64,000 bases of DNA from an uncultured Lentisphaeria bacterium (GTDB lineage: Bacteria > Fidelibacterota > UBA8477 > JABMPR01): NCBI GenBank assembly GCA_964469505.1, contig CAYXZO010000003.1:820-64819 (forward strand), read 5' to 3'. Below, piece by piece: positions 36,581 to 47,817 of the stretch (position 1 is the stretch's first letter; each line of letters starts with the position of its first letter). The notes beneath the pieces were generated by a model. The model did no database searches. It was not told the origin of the DNA and saw only the letters and a list, made by a program, of their open reading frames with translations. Made by a program: the position numbers and the translations under genes.

Positions 36581-37298
36581 ATCCACCTCCCACATAGGTG
36601 CCGATTTTTTCCCCTTCGAAGATTTTAAGAAGATTGCCCGGCTTCTCAATATTGAACACTATTATGGGCAAATCATTCTCTTTGCACAAGGTCAGGGCTG
36701 TTTGGTCCATGACCCTTAAATTGTTTTGAATGGCGGCGTCAAACGCCAGGGTATCGTACTTAGTGGCCGTAGGCACTTTTTCCGGATCAGCATCATAGAC
36801 CCCATCCACCCTGGTACCTTTCAATAAAATCTCAGCGCCAATCTCCACTGCCCGCAAGGCCGCAGCGGTATCGGTAGTGAAATAGGGATTTCCTGTTCCG
36901 GCAGCGAACAATACTACCCGCCCCTTTTCCAAGTGCCGAACGGCCCGGCGCCTAATAAATGGTTCAGCGATTTTGTTCATTTCAATAGCAGTGAGCAAAC
37001 GAGTCTGGGTCCCGGTTTTTTCAATGGCATCCTGTAAAGCAATGCAATTGATAACCGTGGCCAACATCCCCATATAATCTGCAGCTACCCGTTCCATAGC
37101 CTGGGCCTGTTTGGAGAGGCCTCTAAAAATATTACCTCCCCCTACTACGACGCCCAGTTGCACTCCCATGGCGGCTATCTGATGAATCTCTTCAGCAAAA
37201 TGAGCAATGGCCTGATTGTCCAAACCCGAATGGGCTCTGCCCGCTAATGACTCGCCACTTAGCTTCAACAAGACCCGTCTATATGCCGGTTTGCTCAT
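36573..37298 (-). CDS. pyrH: Uridylate kinase
   Basis: UMP-kinase fold motifs ([19 protein letters not shown]). 241 aa. Confidence 0.9.
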   Translation of the reverse strand: MSKPAYRRVLLKLSGESLAGRAHSGLDNQAIAHFAEEIHQIAAMGVQLGVVVGGGNIFRGLSKQAQAMERVAADYMGMLATVINCIALQDAIEKTGTQTRLLTAIEMNKIAEPFIRRRAVRHLEKGRVVLFAAGTGNPYFTTDTAAALRAVEIGAEILLKGTRVDGVYDADPEKVPTATKYDTLAFDAAIQNNLRVMDQTALTLCKENDLPIIVFNIEKPGNLLKIFEGEKIGTYVGGGYA

Positions 37299-37463
37299 CT
37301 ACTCCCCTTTCCTTAATCGAGCAATAAGCTATGGCTTCGGAGAAGCTCTACAAGAAAAATGAAGTTTCGAGAAGTGCGGTGAATAACCATTAGCGAATAA
37401 TGTGCTTATAAATCATCCGGTGATGCTGGAGTACAGCCTTAGATGCATGTTTAACCACCCGAG

Positions 37464-37492
37464 CGTAAAAAAAGCCCGGCTGAGCCGGGCTT
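37464..37492 (-). terminator. Rho-independent terminator downstream of tsf
   Basis: GCCCGGC-TCA-GCCGGGC hairpin followed by a T-run on the minus strand. Confidence 0.6.
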
Positions 37493-37528
37493 GTAAGTTG
37501 CTGCATCCAGAGATTCAAATAAACGGAA

Positions 37529-38137
37529 CTATTCCTTGGCCCCAGTTTCTCCCACTACAAAACGTTGGAAACGGGCCACCGAAATGTTTTCTCCCAATTT
37601 GGCAATAGTCTCATTGATAAGGTCCTGAATGGTCTGATCGTCGTTTTTAATAAAAGGCTGTTCCAGCAGGACCACTTCTTTGAAGTATTTTTCCAATCGC
37701 CCTTCAACAATCCGTTCCACGATTTTCTCAGGCTTGCCGGAGTTCAGGGCTTGAGTCCGGTAGATTTCTTTTTCCTTTTCAATCAACTCCGCCGGAACAT
37801 CTTCACGACGCACTACCAGCGGAGCCGCGGCGGCGATATGCATGGCTAAATCTTCACAAAGCTTTTGAAACTGCTCGGTATTGGCTACAAAATCGGTTTC
37901 GCAGTTCACCTCCACCATGGCTCCCAGCTTACCACCGGTATGGATGTAAGCATATATGAGACCCTCTTTGGTAGCCCGGCCACCCTTTTTAGCCGCTTTG
38001 AGTATTCCCTTTTTACGTAGCAGTTCTTCTGCTTTGGCCAGATCGCCGTTTGCTTCCTCTAAAGCTTTTTTACAGTCCATCATTCCTGCGCCGGTTTTCT
38101 CGCGCAAGGCTTTTACTTCTGCGGCACTTATAGCCAT
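37529..38137 (-). CDS. tsf: Elongation factor Ts (short form)
   Basis: N-terminal UBA-like ([19 protein letters not shown]) and dimerisation core. 202 aa. Confidence 0.85.
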   Translation of the reverse strand: MAISAAEVKALREKTGAGMMDCKKALEEANGDLAKAEELLRKKGILKAAKKGGRATKEGLIYAYIHTGGKLGAMVEVNCETDFVANTEQFQKLCEDLAMHIAAAAPLVVRREDVPAELIEKEKEIYRTQALNSGKPEKIVERIVEGRLEKYFKEVVLLEQPFIKNDDQTIQDLINETIAKLGENISVARFQRFVVGETGAKE

Positions 38138-38182
38138 AGTATTAGCTCCCTTGTTAAATCTTTATTGAAGATGGAGATCGGA

Positions 38183-38899
38183 TCAGGATTCCGAGGCTTC
38201 AGCGTAAACATCAGCCTGGGCACCGCGGCCTTCGAGAATGGAATCAGCCAGCGCACGGATAATCAGCCGCACCGTCTGGATTGAATCGTCGTTGGCCGGA
38301 ATGGGGAAATCTATGCCGCTGGGATCGGTGTTAGTATCTACAATGGCTACAATGGTTTTCTCCAACCGCTGGGCTTCCTTTACTGCGATCGCTTCCGCCT
38401 TGGCATCGACGATAATCACCACATCCGGCAGCCGACGCATCTCTTTAATGCCGCGATGTTGCATTTCCAGGCGGCGCCGTTCACGCTGACGCATCAGGAT
38501 TTCTTTTTTGGTCAGAGTTTCGGCCAGCTCCTCGGGATTATCCTTTTCCAGCATCTGCAGCCGGCGGATGGATTTTTTTATGGTCATAAAATTAGTCAGG
38601 GTCCCACCCAACCAGCGCTCAGTGACGTAGAACATGCCACAACGGACGGCTTCTTCTTCCACCACCTGCTTGGCAGTTTTCTTAGTACCTACGAAAAGAA
38701 ACGAATCGCCCCGACGGGCAGCCTGTTCCACATATTCCTGGGCCTTTTTCAGCTGCTCCAGCGTTTTACTTAAATCAATAATATGGACGCCATTCTTTTC
38801 GGTGAAGATGAAATCCCGCATACGCGGGTGCCAATTACTGGCCAGATGACCAAAATGGGCTCCCGCCGCCAACAGTTGCTCTAAAGTGATCTCAGCCAT
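38183..38899 (-). CDS. rpsB: 30S ribosomal protein S2
   Basis: Conserved S2 sequence (LLAAGAHFGH...). Likely start at MAEITLEQ (38899) rather than the ORF-track 38914. Confidence 0.9.
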   Translation of the reverse strand: MAEITLEQLLAAGAHFGHLASNWHPRMRDFIFTEKNGVHIIDLSKTLEQLKKAQEYVEQAARRGDSFLFVGTKKTAKQVVEEEAVRCGMFYVTERWLGGTLTNFMTIKKSIRRLQMLEKDNPEELAETLTKKEILMRQRERRRLEMQHRGIKEMRRLPDVVIIVDAKAEAIAVKEAQRLEKTIVAIVDTNTDPSGIDFPIPANDDSIQTVRLIIRALADSILEGRGAQADVYAEASES

Positions 38900-38917
38900 G
38901 CAGTCTCCCGCCAACTA

Positions 38918-39316
38918 TTAACGTTTGGAAAATTGGAAGGCGCGCCGGGCACCCGCCAGACCATATTTCTTGCGTTCTTTTTCCCGCGCATCACGGGTTA
39001 ACAGGCCCGCCTTCTTTAAAATGGGCCGAAAATCATCGTAGTTGACTTTCTGTAACGCCAAAGCTATCCCGTGCCTGATGGCTTCCGCCTGACCGGTAGG
39101 TCCACCACCTTTGACGTTAACAATAATATCGTAAGCCCCCAAAGTATTGGTGAGTTTAAGGGGCTGTTGAACTACCACCTGCAGGGTGCGCCGACCGAAG
39201 TAGTCTTCCATTTTGCGCTTGTTTACGATGATCTGGCCTGTACCCGGTTGCATCCATACCCGGGCCACTGCGGTCTTCCGCTTGCCGGTGGCATAATACA
39301 ATGCTTTACTGCTCAT
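38918..39316 (-). CDS. rpsI: 30S ribosomal protein S9
   Basis: Conserved C-terminus (...[17 protein letters not shown]). 132 aa. Confidence 0.9.
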   Translation of the reverse strand: MSSKALYYATGKRKTAVARVWMQPGTGQIIVNKRKMEDYFGRRTLQVVVQQPLKLTNTLGAYDIIVNVKGGGPTGQAEAIRHGIALALQKVNYDDFRPILKKAGLLTRDAREKERKKYGLAGARRAFQFSKR

Positions 39317-39758
39317 GCTTCATCTCCGGTTTCCAGGGGGCTGGTTGCTGCGCTTGGTGAGGATGTTCCGGACCAGCATAGACTTTCAGCTTTTTCAGCA
39401 TCCGTCTCCCCAAACGATTATGTGGTAACATACCTTTTACCGCCAGTCGAATGATGCGATCTGGGTGCTTTTCTTTCAGTTCTTTGAAGGTCTTGATCTT
39501 AGCACCACCCGGATAGCCACTATGAGTAAAGTAGGTTTTGTTAGTCTCTTTTTTGCCGGTCACCCACACCTTATCCGCATTGACCACCACTACAAAATCA
39601 CCACAGTCCAAGTGCGGGGTAAATATGGGTTTATGCTTACCCCGGAGCAAAGTAGCGATCTTGGTTGCTAACCGCCCCAACGGCTCCTGGGAGGCATCAA
39701 TCACCCACCAGTTTCTTTCGATCGATTCCGCTTTTACGTTGTAGGTCTTAAAATTCAA
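39306..39758 (-). CDS. rplM: 50S ribosomal protein L13
   Basis: Conserved L13 N-terminus (WWVIDA...LGRLA). 150 aa. Classic rplM-rpsI pair. Confidence 0.9.
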   Translation of the reverse strand: MNFKTYNVKAESIERNWWVIDASQEPLGRLATKIATLLRGKHKPIFTPHLDCGDFVVVVNADKVWVTGKKETNKTYFTHSGYPGGAKIKTFKELKEKHPDRIIRLAVKGMLPHNRLGRRMLKKLKVYAGPEHPHQAQQPAPWKPEMKHEQ

Positions 39759-39926
39759 TGCTATCCCCTTTAAAACCTTAGTGTTATCACCGGGCGCCTA
39801 AAAAAGCTGCGTAAGGTAATCGGGCCCCCCAGAGTTGTCAACCAATTTTGCCAGCTCCGGTAAGCTCAAATACCTAAGTGCAATAAACGGATTTCAGGGA
39901 TAATGTCCTATGGAAAAACGCTAAAT

Positions 39927-41447
39927 CTACTTTTCCTGGGCGCCTGGCAAGATGAGGGTGAAAGTAGTTCCCTTTCCAGGAGTAGAATCCACGGTGATTT
40001 TGCCGTGGTGATATTCCTCGACGATGCGCTTCACTAGACTTAAGCCTAATCCCCATCCACGGCGTTTAGTGCTCCACCCCGGCCGAAATATATTAGTCCG
40101 GTCCCGTGGTGCTATGCCCCGCCCCGTGTCAGAAACCTGGAGTATTACCTTCCCATTACTGCGCCGGGCAGTAATTTTAATCTTACCATCCTGGCTTTCG
40201 ATGGCATCTACCGCATTCTTCAAGAGGTTCTCCAGAGCCCAGCTCAATAATTCAGCGTTTATTAGCGCCTGAAGGCCCTTTTCCACATGAACACCGATTT
40301 CCAAGCTCTTCCCCCATTGTGGAGCTCGTTTGCGAATGTATTCCACCACTGGCCGAATCACGGAATCCAGAGGTAAGGGTATCAGGGTAACTCCCGCTCC
40401 GATGCGTGAAAAGCGCTCCGCAACTTTATTCAAACGCTCCGTATCCCGCTTGATCTCCGTTACCGCTTCAGCCACATCCGGCGCCAGATCCTTGCGCTCC
40501 AACAATTCGATCCACCCTAAAAGAGAAGAAAGAGGGGTTCCTAACTGGTGGGCGGTTTCTTTGGAAAGTCCAACCCACAATCCCCGTTGCTCAGCCATTC
40601 TGATGAATTGAAAACCAGCAAACCCTAATAATATGAATAACGCCACGATTGCTATTTCGATAAAGGGGAACCAGCGCAAGCTTCTGATTAACTCTGAATC
40701 ACCGTAATGAATGAACAACACCGGTTTGCCCTGAAATAGCACCGGCACGGGTTCATTCTGGGCATCCAACCAATGGACTTTTTCCAGAAGAACGGACTGC
40801 GAATCCACCCGCTTCAACTCCGGGATCGTGCTTTCAACCAGTTCCAGAGTATCCTGGGACTCCCGAGTAATAAGCAAGGGGAAGGAAATGTTGCGTACGA
40901 TCTCCCGTAAAACTGCCTCCAGGTTATGTTGCACTACCTCACCATAGTGGAGATACATAATGGGTTTTCCCTGGAATAGAATGGGAATCGGGGTATTGGT
41001 GGAGTCAAGCCGTTTGGCCAATCCCAGGAAATAGTCGTTCTGCTCACCTTTAGTCAGGCCCTGCGGCACCTTGATATTCTTCCAGGCATAGAGCTGCTCG
41101 GCGCCACGTTCCAGTACGGTTATGATCAAAGGGAAATCGATATTCTTGACGATATTGTTAAATACAAAACCGAGGTCAACATTTTCACTGGATAAAGCAT
41201 GGGCATAGAGTTCAGCGCTTTGTTGCAGAAACTTGCGCCGTTCCTCGCGGTACTGGCGGGCTAAAGCGTCGTTAGCCAGAGCATTGGCCAATAATCTGGA
41301 ACTTAAGGCCAGAAAACGTTTATTGTCCTGTCGTAATCGATTGACTAGGTTGTTGGTGTATAATAGGGACCCCAGAATGATGATGGCGGCCAGGAGAAAC
41401 AGCCCCAGCTTAATCCTCGAGCTTGTAAGGACTGTGGATCTCATCAC
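39927..41447 (-). CDS. Sensor histidine kinase (orphan) with duplicated periplasmic module
   Basis: TM, periplasmic region with two similar repeats (IPILFQGKPIMYLHYGE / VPVLFQGKPVLFIHYGD), second TM, H-box (HQLGTPLSSLLGWIELL) and HATPase_c (DTGRGI...GWGLGL). No adjacent response regulator. Confidence 0.8.
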   Translation of the reverse strand: MMRSTVLTSSRIKLGLFLLAAIIILGSLLYTNNLVNRLRQDNKRFLALSSRLLANALANDALARQYREERRKFLQQSAELYAHALSSENVDLGFVFNNIVKNIDFPLIITVLERGAEQLYAWKNIKVPQGLTKGEQNDYFLGLAKRLDSTNTPIPILFQGKPIMYLHYGEVVQHNLEAVLREIVRNISFPLLITRESQDTLELVESTIPELKRVDSQSVLLEKVHWLDAQNEPVPVLFQGKPVLFIHYGDSELIRSLRWFPFIEIAIVALFILLGFAGFQFIRMAEQRGLWVGLSKETAHQLGTPLSSLLGWIELLERKDLAPDVAEAVTEIKRDTERLNKVAERFSRIGAGVTLIPLPLDSVIRPVVEYIRKRAPQWGKSLEIGVHVEKGLQALINAELLSWALENLLKNAVDAIESQDGKIKITARRSNGKVILQVSDTGRGIAPRDRTNIFRPGWSTKRRGWGLGLSLVKRIVEEYHHGKITVDSTPGKGTTFTLILPGAQEK

Positions 41448-43954
41448 TCGGAGTTGCCGGTCCCCTTTCTATACAGATTGAAGCCTGCCAGGCCTGCTAA
41501 AAGCAGCACGATAAGTAAACTGGCACCGGTAATTATAAATCCCGCCCGTACTGCTGGTGGGTTATAGGTGAAAGTGATGGTGTGGCGACCAGCTGGCACG
41601 ATTACCCCCCGCAAAAGAGCATTCGTCTGAAAAATTCTCAACTGAGTGCCGTCTTCCAGTTCAGCATGCCAGCCATTGGGATAATAAATCTCACTTAAGA
41701 CTAAAAATCCCGGGGCCTGACATTGGGTTTCCACTGTGATTTTCTGGAGGTCGACTTTCACATCGAGCACCTTACCTCGTTGGAATTTATGTTGGCGGAA
41801 ATCTTCGTAAGCGGCTGTAACCCATGCTTGAGAGCCAGGATCGTAGGTCTGGGCCAGGTAAAAGGTGGGTTCGGAAACAACTCCCACCGAATCCACAAAC
41901 CAGGCCCGGGGAAAGGCTTCAGTGAAACGATATAAATAGGCTTGAAATGTCTGCCCCCTTGACCAGTGTGATAATGTTTTTTCCAGCTTAAACAACGGCT
42001 CAGGGATTGGATATGGCGAAACCAGATAGCGTACATTAAGCACTTTCAGCCAGAACAAATCTCGTCGACGCAACAAACTATCCACTTCTTCCAGGGTCCG
42101 CGGTCTGACGCCCTGCTCAGTTTGTCGGTAATACTTCAGTAGAAAACCCTGTTCCAGGTCAACCTGTTTCAGAAAATCCTGATAAACCGCCAGTTTAGCC
42201 GGACTGTATCCCCCTATGCTGGCCAGTCCATGAAAAGCCCATTCATTACTGCCAAACAGAGTAAAAACCGGGAAAATGCGCCCTGGAGTTGTTTCCAGCT
42301 GGGACTGCAAGAATTTGACTGTCGGTGAGGGTTGTTCCCAACGTTTGGAGGCAGCAGGGGATACGGCGGTACGGGTCAAACGTAAATCTATTCGCCCCAA
42401 ATCGGCCAGCGCCAACCCGGTGAGGAATACCGCTGCCAGAGCTACTTTTAGCCGTCCCCGCGCCGCAAACCACACCAGGCCAAAGGTGGTGATAGCTAGT
42501 AACAGACTCATGGTCAGTGATTGATAGAAAATCAGGAAACGTTGGCTGTCCAGCCGCGGATCGCTTTTTCCGGAACCAGCCACGGCTGTCTGGAAAGAAT
42601 CCTGGATGGTCCCTTTAAATAACAGCACCAGGATAAATAAGCCTCCGGCGATCCACAATCCCCACTGGAGGGATTTTAGCCACTCCTTAATTTTATCCTG
42701 CCGATCCAGCAGAGCCTGTAATCCGATTCCCGCCAGAATTGCCGCTAACAATTCCACCAGTATTAAAATCATTGACGGAACCCGGAACTTGCTGAAGTAA
42801 GGTAGATAGTTGAAAAACAGGTCATAGACGGGAGAGAAATACTTCCCAAACGAAATTAGAAGTGCTAACACCAGCGCTGAAAAAAGCAGCCATACTTGCC
42901 GCCGCAGGGGTTTATGGAACCAAGCTAAGATCATGAAGAAAAACACTACCACGCCTAAATAGTCCGAATGTTCAGTGAAAGGCCGCGCCCCCCAATAGGT
43001 ATGTCCTCCAAAACCAAACCAGTCGGGGACGACGAAAGCCAGCATTTCTTCTGGGGGAAAAGACCAGTTTGTAGCGTACGAATAACTAAGCCCTTGTGTG
43101 CCTCCTCCGCGGATGGAAAAGTGAGAATAGTTCCAGGCGGGCAAGTACAGCACTGCAGCTAGCCCAAGGGCCAATACTACCGCTGCTGCGAAATAGGCCC
43201 AGCGGAGCCCTAAAGCCCCCCAAGCTTTCTCGCGACCCATCCGAATTGTCTCCCACAGCACATACCAGCCCATGAGCATCCACCCGTAATAGGCAATCTG
43301 CACGTGTCCTCGTTGTAGCTGAAATCCTGCGACGCACGCTAAAAACACCAATCGCAACAGATCGGGTTTGCGGAATAGCTCATGCACCGCCAGTAACAGC
43401 CAGGGCAAATATGCCGCCGTCATCATTTGAGAGCCATGTCCAGCGGTGAGCATTACGACAAAAAAGGGCATCAGCATATAGGCGCCGCCACCCAACAGGC
43501 TCCCCAGAAATCCTATACCCCAGCGACGTAACAGCAGATAAACTCCCATCGCTGCCAGGAGGTAGTGCAAAGCCATTGTCCAGAGGGCTGGGAAACCCAA
43601 CAGACTGAACAGCCGAAGAACCCATCCCGGCATATAAACGAAAGGGGTATACATCAAACTGCCGAAAGAAGGCATACCGCTGAAGATGTATGGTTGCCAC
43701 AGAGGATATTCGTGATGCTCCTGCCAGTATAATTGGAGTTGATAACTCATGCCTCTAGCCGCCGTAGTATCCCCACCGGAAAAAACGTAACCCTTTAGAA
43801 AGACGGCGTTGAAAATAACCACGAGCAAAAGGATGAATATGGCTAAGGCCCGGACCCAATCCCGGCGCCAGATTCTTTGCCAAAGGGTATTGGCTTGTTT
43901 CGACTGATCTGCCGTATGTCCGGTACCATTTCTTTTCACCCCTTTAGGAACCAT
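41444..43954 (-). CDS. YfhO-family polytopic membrane protein (putative membrane glycosyltransferase)
   Basis: 836 aa with about 13 TM helices at the N-terminus and a large C-terminal extracytoplasmic domain. The N-terminal pattern (YVFSGGDTTAARGMSYQLQLYW...PLWQPYIFSGMP) resembles YfhO. Confidence 0.45.
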   Translation of the reverse strand: MVPKGVKRNGTGHTADQSKQANTLWQRIWRRDWVRALAIFILLLVVIFNAVFLKGYVFSGGDTTAARGMSYQLQLYWQEHHEYPLWQPYIFSGMPSFGSLMYTPFVYMPGWVLRLFSLLGFPALWTMALHYLLAAMGVYLLLRRWGIGFLGSLLGGGAYMLMPFFVVMLTAGHGSQMMTAAYLPWLLLAVHELFRKPDLLRLVFLACVAGFQLQRGHVQIAYYGWMLMGWYVLWETIRMGREKAWGALGLRWAYFAAAVVLALGLAAVLYLPAWNYSHFSIRGGGTQGLSYSYATNWSFPPEEMLAFVVPDWFGFGGHTYWGARPFTEHSDYLGVVVFFFMILAWFHKPLRRQVWLLFSALVLALLISFGKYFSPVYDLFFNYLPYFSKFRVPSMILILVELLAAILAGIGLQALLDRQDKIKEWLKSLQWGLWIAGGLFILVLLFKGTIQDSFQTAVAGSGKSDPRLDSQRFLIFYQSLTMSLLLAITTFGLVWFAARGRLKVALAAVFLTGLALADLGRIDLRLTRTAVSPAASKRWEQPSPTVKFLQSQLETTPGRIFPVFTLFGSNEWAFHGLASIGGYSPAKLAVYQDFLKQVDLEQGFLLKYYRQTEQGVRPRTLEEVDSLLRRRDLFWLKVLNVRYLVSPYPIPEPLFKLEKTLSHWSRGQTFQAYLYRFTEAFPRAWFVDSVGVVSEPTFYLAQTYDPGSQAWVTAAYEDFRQHKFQRGKVLDVKVDLQKITVETQCQAPGFLVLSEIYYPNGWHAELEDGTQLRIFQTNALLRGVIVPAGRHTITFTYNPPAVRAGFIITGASLLIVLLLAGLAGFNLYRKGTGNSE

Positions 43955-43974
43955 TACATTGCTCCTTTCTACTA

Positions 43975-45270
43975 TTAATAATACCCGAGTCCCTTAAGTA
44001 AATGCTCTATGCGATTTTGACCCATAAGTTCTAGATATTTATCGGCTTCCCGTTTGAGCAGCCCAAACTCTGAACCAGGGGATAAACAAAGATTACGCTC
44101 CTCCCGGGGATCCTTTTGCAAATCATAGGCTTCATGATTGCCATGGCCATGGGCGATCCATTTGAAACGACCATCGAATACACTGACCTGATCGTGGCGG
44201 AAAGGATCACCCGCCACCGGATCCAACTTATCGAGGCCAGCTAGAATTTCCACGGGTGTCTTCAGAAAAGCCAGTGCCAAGTTCCTTTTAGGCAAGAAAT
44301 TGGTACCATCAATCATATACTGCTTTACGGCTGGGAAGAGATCCTGATGTTGGATTAAATCCTTTACGGTTTCCCCTTTAGTTTGGGCTGGGAAATGCCA
44401 TAGTAGTGGAACATGCAATACTTCCTGGTATAAATTGAAAACATGGTGGAAATGATTATGCTCTCCCAGCAATTCCCCATGATCAGCCGTAATAATAACA
44501 ATTCCCTCGTTCCAGAACCATTCAACCAGCGGGAGCTGGAAAAGCTCTTCCAAACCATCGACCAAATCACTTATCTCCGCCTGATACAACTGCCGTAAGA
44601 TTTCCCAAACACCAGGAGCTAAAGTTCTTCCTTCCACATAGAAGTTGCGCCAGTCGTGATTTATTCGTTGTGCTTGCCGCCATTGATCTTCGCGGCTGGT
44701 ATTGAGGATCATCCTTTCCTTTTCAGGAGAAGGGCTGTATGGAGTATGGGGGCCGGTGAACTGAAGGAAAAGAAACAGACGACTTTTTATAAGCTGTTCC
44801 CCCAGGCCCCGCAGTATTTTTACTGTTTCAGTGAAGATCCTCTGCCCGGGAAGGATAATTCGCTCAAATCGCAACTCCTGTGATTGCTCGCTGAATTTTT
44901 CGGTGTCGCTCCATATTTCATAAAATTCATCAAACCCGCTATTCAAACCGGTGATGTTTCCCAGCAAAGGATTGGAAGCGATGCCGATATTGGTATAACC
45001 CTGCTCTTTTAGAAAGTTCATCAACGTTGATTTCGAATCAGTGAGTATGAGATGGCCCTCTTCAACTTGGTGTTCCGGGGGGATTAAGCCTGTGAACATG
45101 GAAGCGTGGCTGGGCGGAGTCCAGGGTGAGGGTGTATAGGCCTGTGTAAAAACATAACTTGTCTTGGCTAATCTGCCCAGGAACAAGTGTTGCGCTTTTC
45201 CGGTAGGGGAAAAAAGGGCGTCAAACCGGGTGGCGTCTAAGGAAATGAGAAGTATCGGTGGGTACTGCAT
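43975..45270 (-). CDS. Sulfatase-like hydrolase/transferase (alkaline-phosphatase superfamily); lacks the canonical C-x-P-x-R formylglycine motif
   Basis: Metal-binding N-terminus LISLDATRFD and a C-terminal ITADHGELLGEH motif. Cys is replaced by Trp and Arg by Ser at the sulfatase signature (PWTPPSHAS). Confidence 0.6.
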   Translation of the reverse strand: MQYPPILLISLDATRFDALFSPTGKAQHLFLGRLAKTSYVFTQAYTPSPWTPPSHASMFTGLIPPEHQVEEGHLILTDSKSTLMNFLKEQGYTNIGIASNPLLGNITGLNSGFDEFYEIWSDTEKFSEQSQELRFERIILPGQRIFTETVKILRGLGEQLIKSRLFLFLQFTGPHTPYSPSPEKERMILNTSREDQWRQAQRINHDWRNFYVEGRTLAPGVWEILRQLYQAEISDLVDGLEELFQLPLVEWFWNEGIVIITADHGELLGEHNHFHHVFNLYQEVLHVPLLWHFPAQTKGETVKDLIQHQDLFPAVKQYMIDGTNFLPKRNLALAFLKTPVEILAGLDKLDPVAGDPFRHDQVSVFDGRFKWIAHGHGNHEAYDLQKDPREERNLCLSPGSEFGLLKREADKYLELMGQNRIEHLLKGLGYY

Positions 45271-45309
45271 GGTGCTGGTTACGTTCAGCTAAGCTTCAAC
45301 CAACAAGTT

Positions 45310-46647
45310 TTAGCCTGTCTGTCGCCAATCCCGATAAATGGCTTTTGCAAGATCAACCCCCATTTTCCCGGGCCAGATCGGGCGCCACCAGGGCAAACCT
45401 GCTAAGTGCTGAAAGAGGAAAAGTTTGATAATCAAGCTTAAAGTATATGAGAGGCTGGTAGCCCAGGCAGCCCCATTGATTCCATATAAAGGAATCCACC
45501 ACAGATTTGCGCCTATATTTACTACTACCGTAAAAAGCCCAACCCAGAAATTGAGCTCCGGCCGGCCCCGGGCGGCCAAATCATTGGCTAAAACCCTACC
45601 TAGACTGCTGGCGGTTATTCCGGGAAGTAAATAAATAAGGGCAGTAGCGGAGAGTATATACTTTGTTCCAAATAATCCCCTTACCAGCGGGTGCGCAAGG
45701 AGAGCTAGCGCTATTGCAGCCAGTAAAGAAGCTAAGAAAGTAAACCCTCCGACTATGGCGGTGAGTCTCCCTTGCTCGGCTTTTACAGAATGTAGTTCAG
45801 CTAGCCGGGGAAATAGAGCGGTACTCACTGATTGAGACAAAAGCCAGAGCTTCTCTCCAATTTGAACAGCTACGATATATAGTCCTGCCGATGAAACTCC
45901 TGCCAGCATATTTACCAGTAGTAAATCGAGACGATAGTTCAGGAAGCCGATAATATTCCCCAGGTGACTTTTCCAAGCATAAGACAATAGCCGGCCCCAG
46001 GTAACGTCTCGTGGAGACGTCTCAGAACTGATTCTTTCCTGCTTGATTCTATGGATATACCAAATTGCTAGTAGCACTCCACCTAACTGACCAATGGTAA
46101 AAGCAGCCAGAGCCATTGCCGGGGAGGTTGTCACAAATGTCAACAAAATCCAGGCAGCCAATAACGCGACAGGAGGAAAAACCAAAAATACCAGATTGAA
46201 CCGCCACAGATCCCTAATCCCCAGCAAAATGTTAGGTAACAATTCCAGCAGGAGCAAAATCGGAAAAATAACCACACTGAAGATCAACAGATCTACTTCA
46301 ATTGACGGGAACAAGGTTTCGTGAAAGATGACCCCAATAATTCCTACCCCCCAGCCACCTATTGAAAGCACACCCCAAGCAAGCAAAGTTTTCTTTATAG
46401 CTGTCAGGAGGCTTAAATCTTTCTTAGCCAGGTGATACACTAGTGAAGGTCCCAGTCCCAAGTTCAACAATTTTGTCAACAATTGGGGTATTAACAGAGC
46501 CACACCGTATTCGCCATAGCCTGCTTTACCCAACCAGCGGGCCAACAAGATCGTATAGGCCAGCGATAAAACGGTAACCACAACCTGGCGAGCAAAAGTC
46601 CCAGAAATTTGAACCGTTAAAGGGCGCTTTGTAGAAATGATAGTCAA
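45310..46647 (-). CDS. Polysaccharide flippase (MOP/Wzx-like), 12-14 TM
   Basis: 445-aa polytopic membrane protein with a MATE-like / polysaccharide biosynthesis protein pattern. Confidence 0.7.
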   Translation of the reverse strand: MTIISTKRPLTVQISGTFARQVVVTVLSLAYTILLARWLGKAGYGEYGVALLIPQLLTKLLNLGLGPSLVYHLAKKDLSLLTAIKKTLLAWGVLSIGGWGVGIIGVIFHETLFPSIEVDLLIFSVVIFPILLLLELLPNILLGIRDLWRFNLVFLVFPPVALLAAWILLTFVTTSPAMALAAFTIGQLGGVLLAIWYIHRIKQERISSETSPRDVTWGRLLSYAWKSHLGNIIGFLNYRLDLLLVNMLAGVSSAGLYIVAVQIGEKLWLLSQSVSTALFPRLAELHSVKAEQGRLTAIVGGFTFLASLLAAIALALLAHPLVRGLFGTKYILSATALIYLLPGITASSLGRVLANDLAARGRPELNFWVGLFTVVVNIGANLWWIPLYGINGAAWATSLSYTLSLIIKLFLFQHLAGLPWWRPIWPGKMGVDLAKAIYRDWRQTG

Positions 46648-46656
46648 AATCGTACT

Positions 46657-47817
46657 CTATCCATTGAGTAAAATATCATAAAATTTAATTAGCCTAGAGA
46701 TGACCACTCTTTCACCGAAATGATCAAGAGCATATTTACGAATTGCTTTAAAATCGTATTTATTATATCTGCCGTACATTGTAACCATTGCTTTTGCCAA
46801 TTCGTCCGGATTATCACGTGGAACAAGAATCCCCGTTTCAGGATTAATGAATTCTTCCGGTCCGCCACTACGAGTGGCTATGACCGGTCGCCCCCTAGCC
46901 ATGGCCTCGATCAAAGTCACTCCAAAAGTTTCCGTACGGCTGCTGGAGATAACCACATTGTGGTTGTCCATCAATTCGAGTGCCGATATTCGGTTATCAG
47001 TTAAAAATGTTACGTCTTTGCTAAGATTTAATTTCACGCAAAGATTCTTGAGCGATGTTTCTTCCTGTCCCCATCCGGCTATTGTAAGTTTGGTTCCCTC
47101 GGGTAACGATTTTCTGGCCATAGCAAAAGCTTTCAGTAGAACGTCAAAACCCTTTATCGATCGCAGGTGGCCTATTGATAAAAACCTAAAGTTATCCGAA
47201 GGTGTATCAGACATAAATATAGTCTCGAATTCCTCACCGATAATATTCGGCAAAACATCCCAGTTGTTTTTCTCCAAATTAAACCGGCGTAGGATGCCAT
47301 TCATTAAAAACCTGCTCACAGCAAGGTTTAAATCAGAGGACATGAACACCTTTTTCGAAAGAATTTTATGCCACGGTGCCAGATCTCCTACAATCATGCG
47401 CGAGGAGTGCTCAGTTAACATTAAAGGCAATTTTAGATCTTTTTTAAGGCTCCTCCCCAGCACTCCCGCATACAATGTGGCGTGAGCATGGATCAGATCC
47501 GGCAAACCGAATTGTTCAATATATCTTTTGGCCAACTTTTTTCCGGCAAGTGTTAGGGTAAGGGCTGTCCCCCCCGGGACAAAAGTCAACCGATTAATCT
47601 GCTTTTGTTGGAAAAGTCGAGGATCACTAGCGCCAACTTCACGTTCAGTGTCGCCTTGATTATTTACCTCACCTTTATTCTGCAGATCGACATGGACGAC
47701 TCCAACCTCTATTCCATTTTTTCGAAGAGCCTCAACCTGTCTTTTAATGAAAATACCCTTAATAGGATTATTTATGCTGGGATACCACGAGGCTACAATG
47801 AGTATATGCACGTTCAA
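46657..47817 (-). CDS. Glycosyltransferase family 4 (GT-B)
   Basis: C-terminal motif ETFGVTLIEAMARGRPVIATRSGGPEEFI. Lies in the ~40% GC segment. Confidence 0.8.
   Translation of the reverse strand: MNVHILIVASWYPSINNPIKGIFIKRQVEALRKNGIEVGVVHVDLQNKGEVNNQGDTEREVGASDPRLFQQKQINRLTFVPGGTALTLTLAGKKLAKRYIEQFGLPDLIHAHATLYAGVLGRSLKKDLKLPLMLTEHSSRMIVGDLAPWHKILSKKVFMSSDLNLAVSRFLMNGILRRFNLEKNNWDVLPNIIGEEFETIFMSDTPSDNFRFLSIGHLRSIKGFDVLLKAFAMARKSLPEGTKLTIAGWGQEETSLKNLCVKLNLSKDVTFLTDNRISALELMDNHNVVISSSRTETFGVTLIEAMARGRPVIATRSGGPEEFINPETGILVPRDNPDELAKAMVTMYGRYNKYDFKAIRKYALDHFGERVVISRLIKFYDILLNG

Noticed and set aside
43975-45270. Formylglycine-dependent arylsulfatase
   Set aside because: The signature C/S-x-P-x-R is replaced by W-T-P-P-S, so it is called only as a sulfatase-like alkaline-phosphatase-superfamily enzyme.
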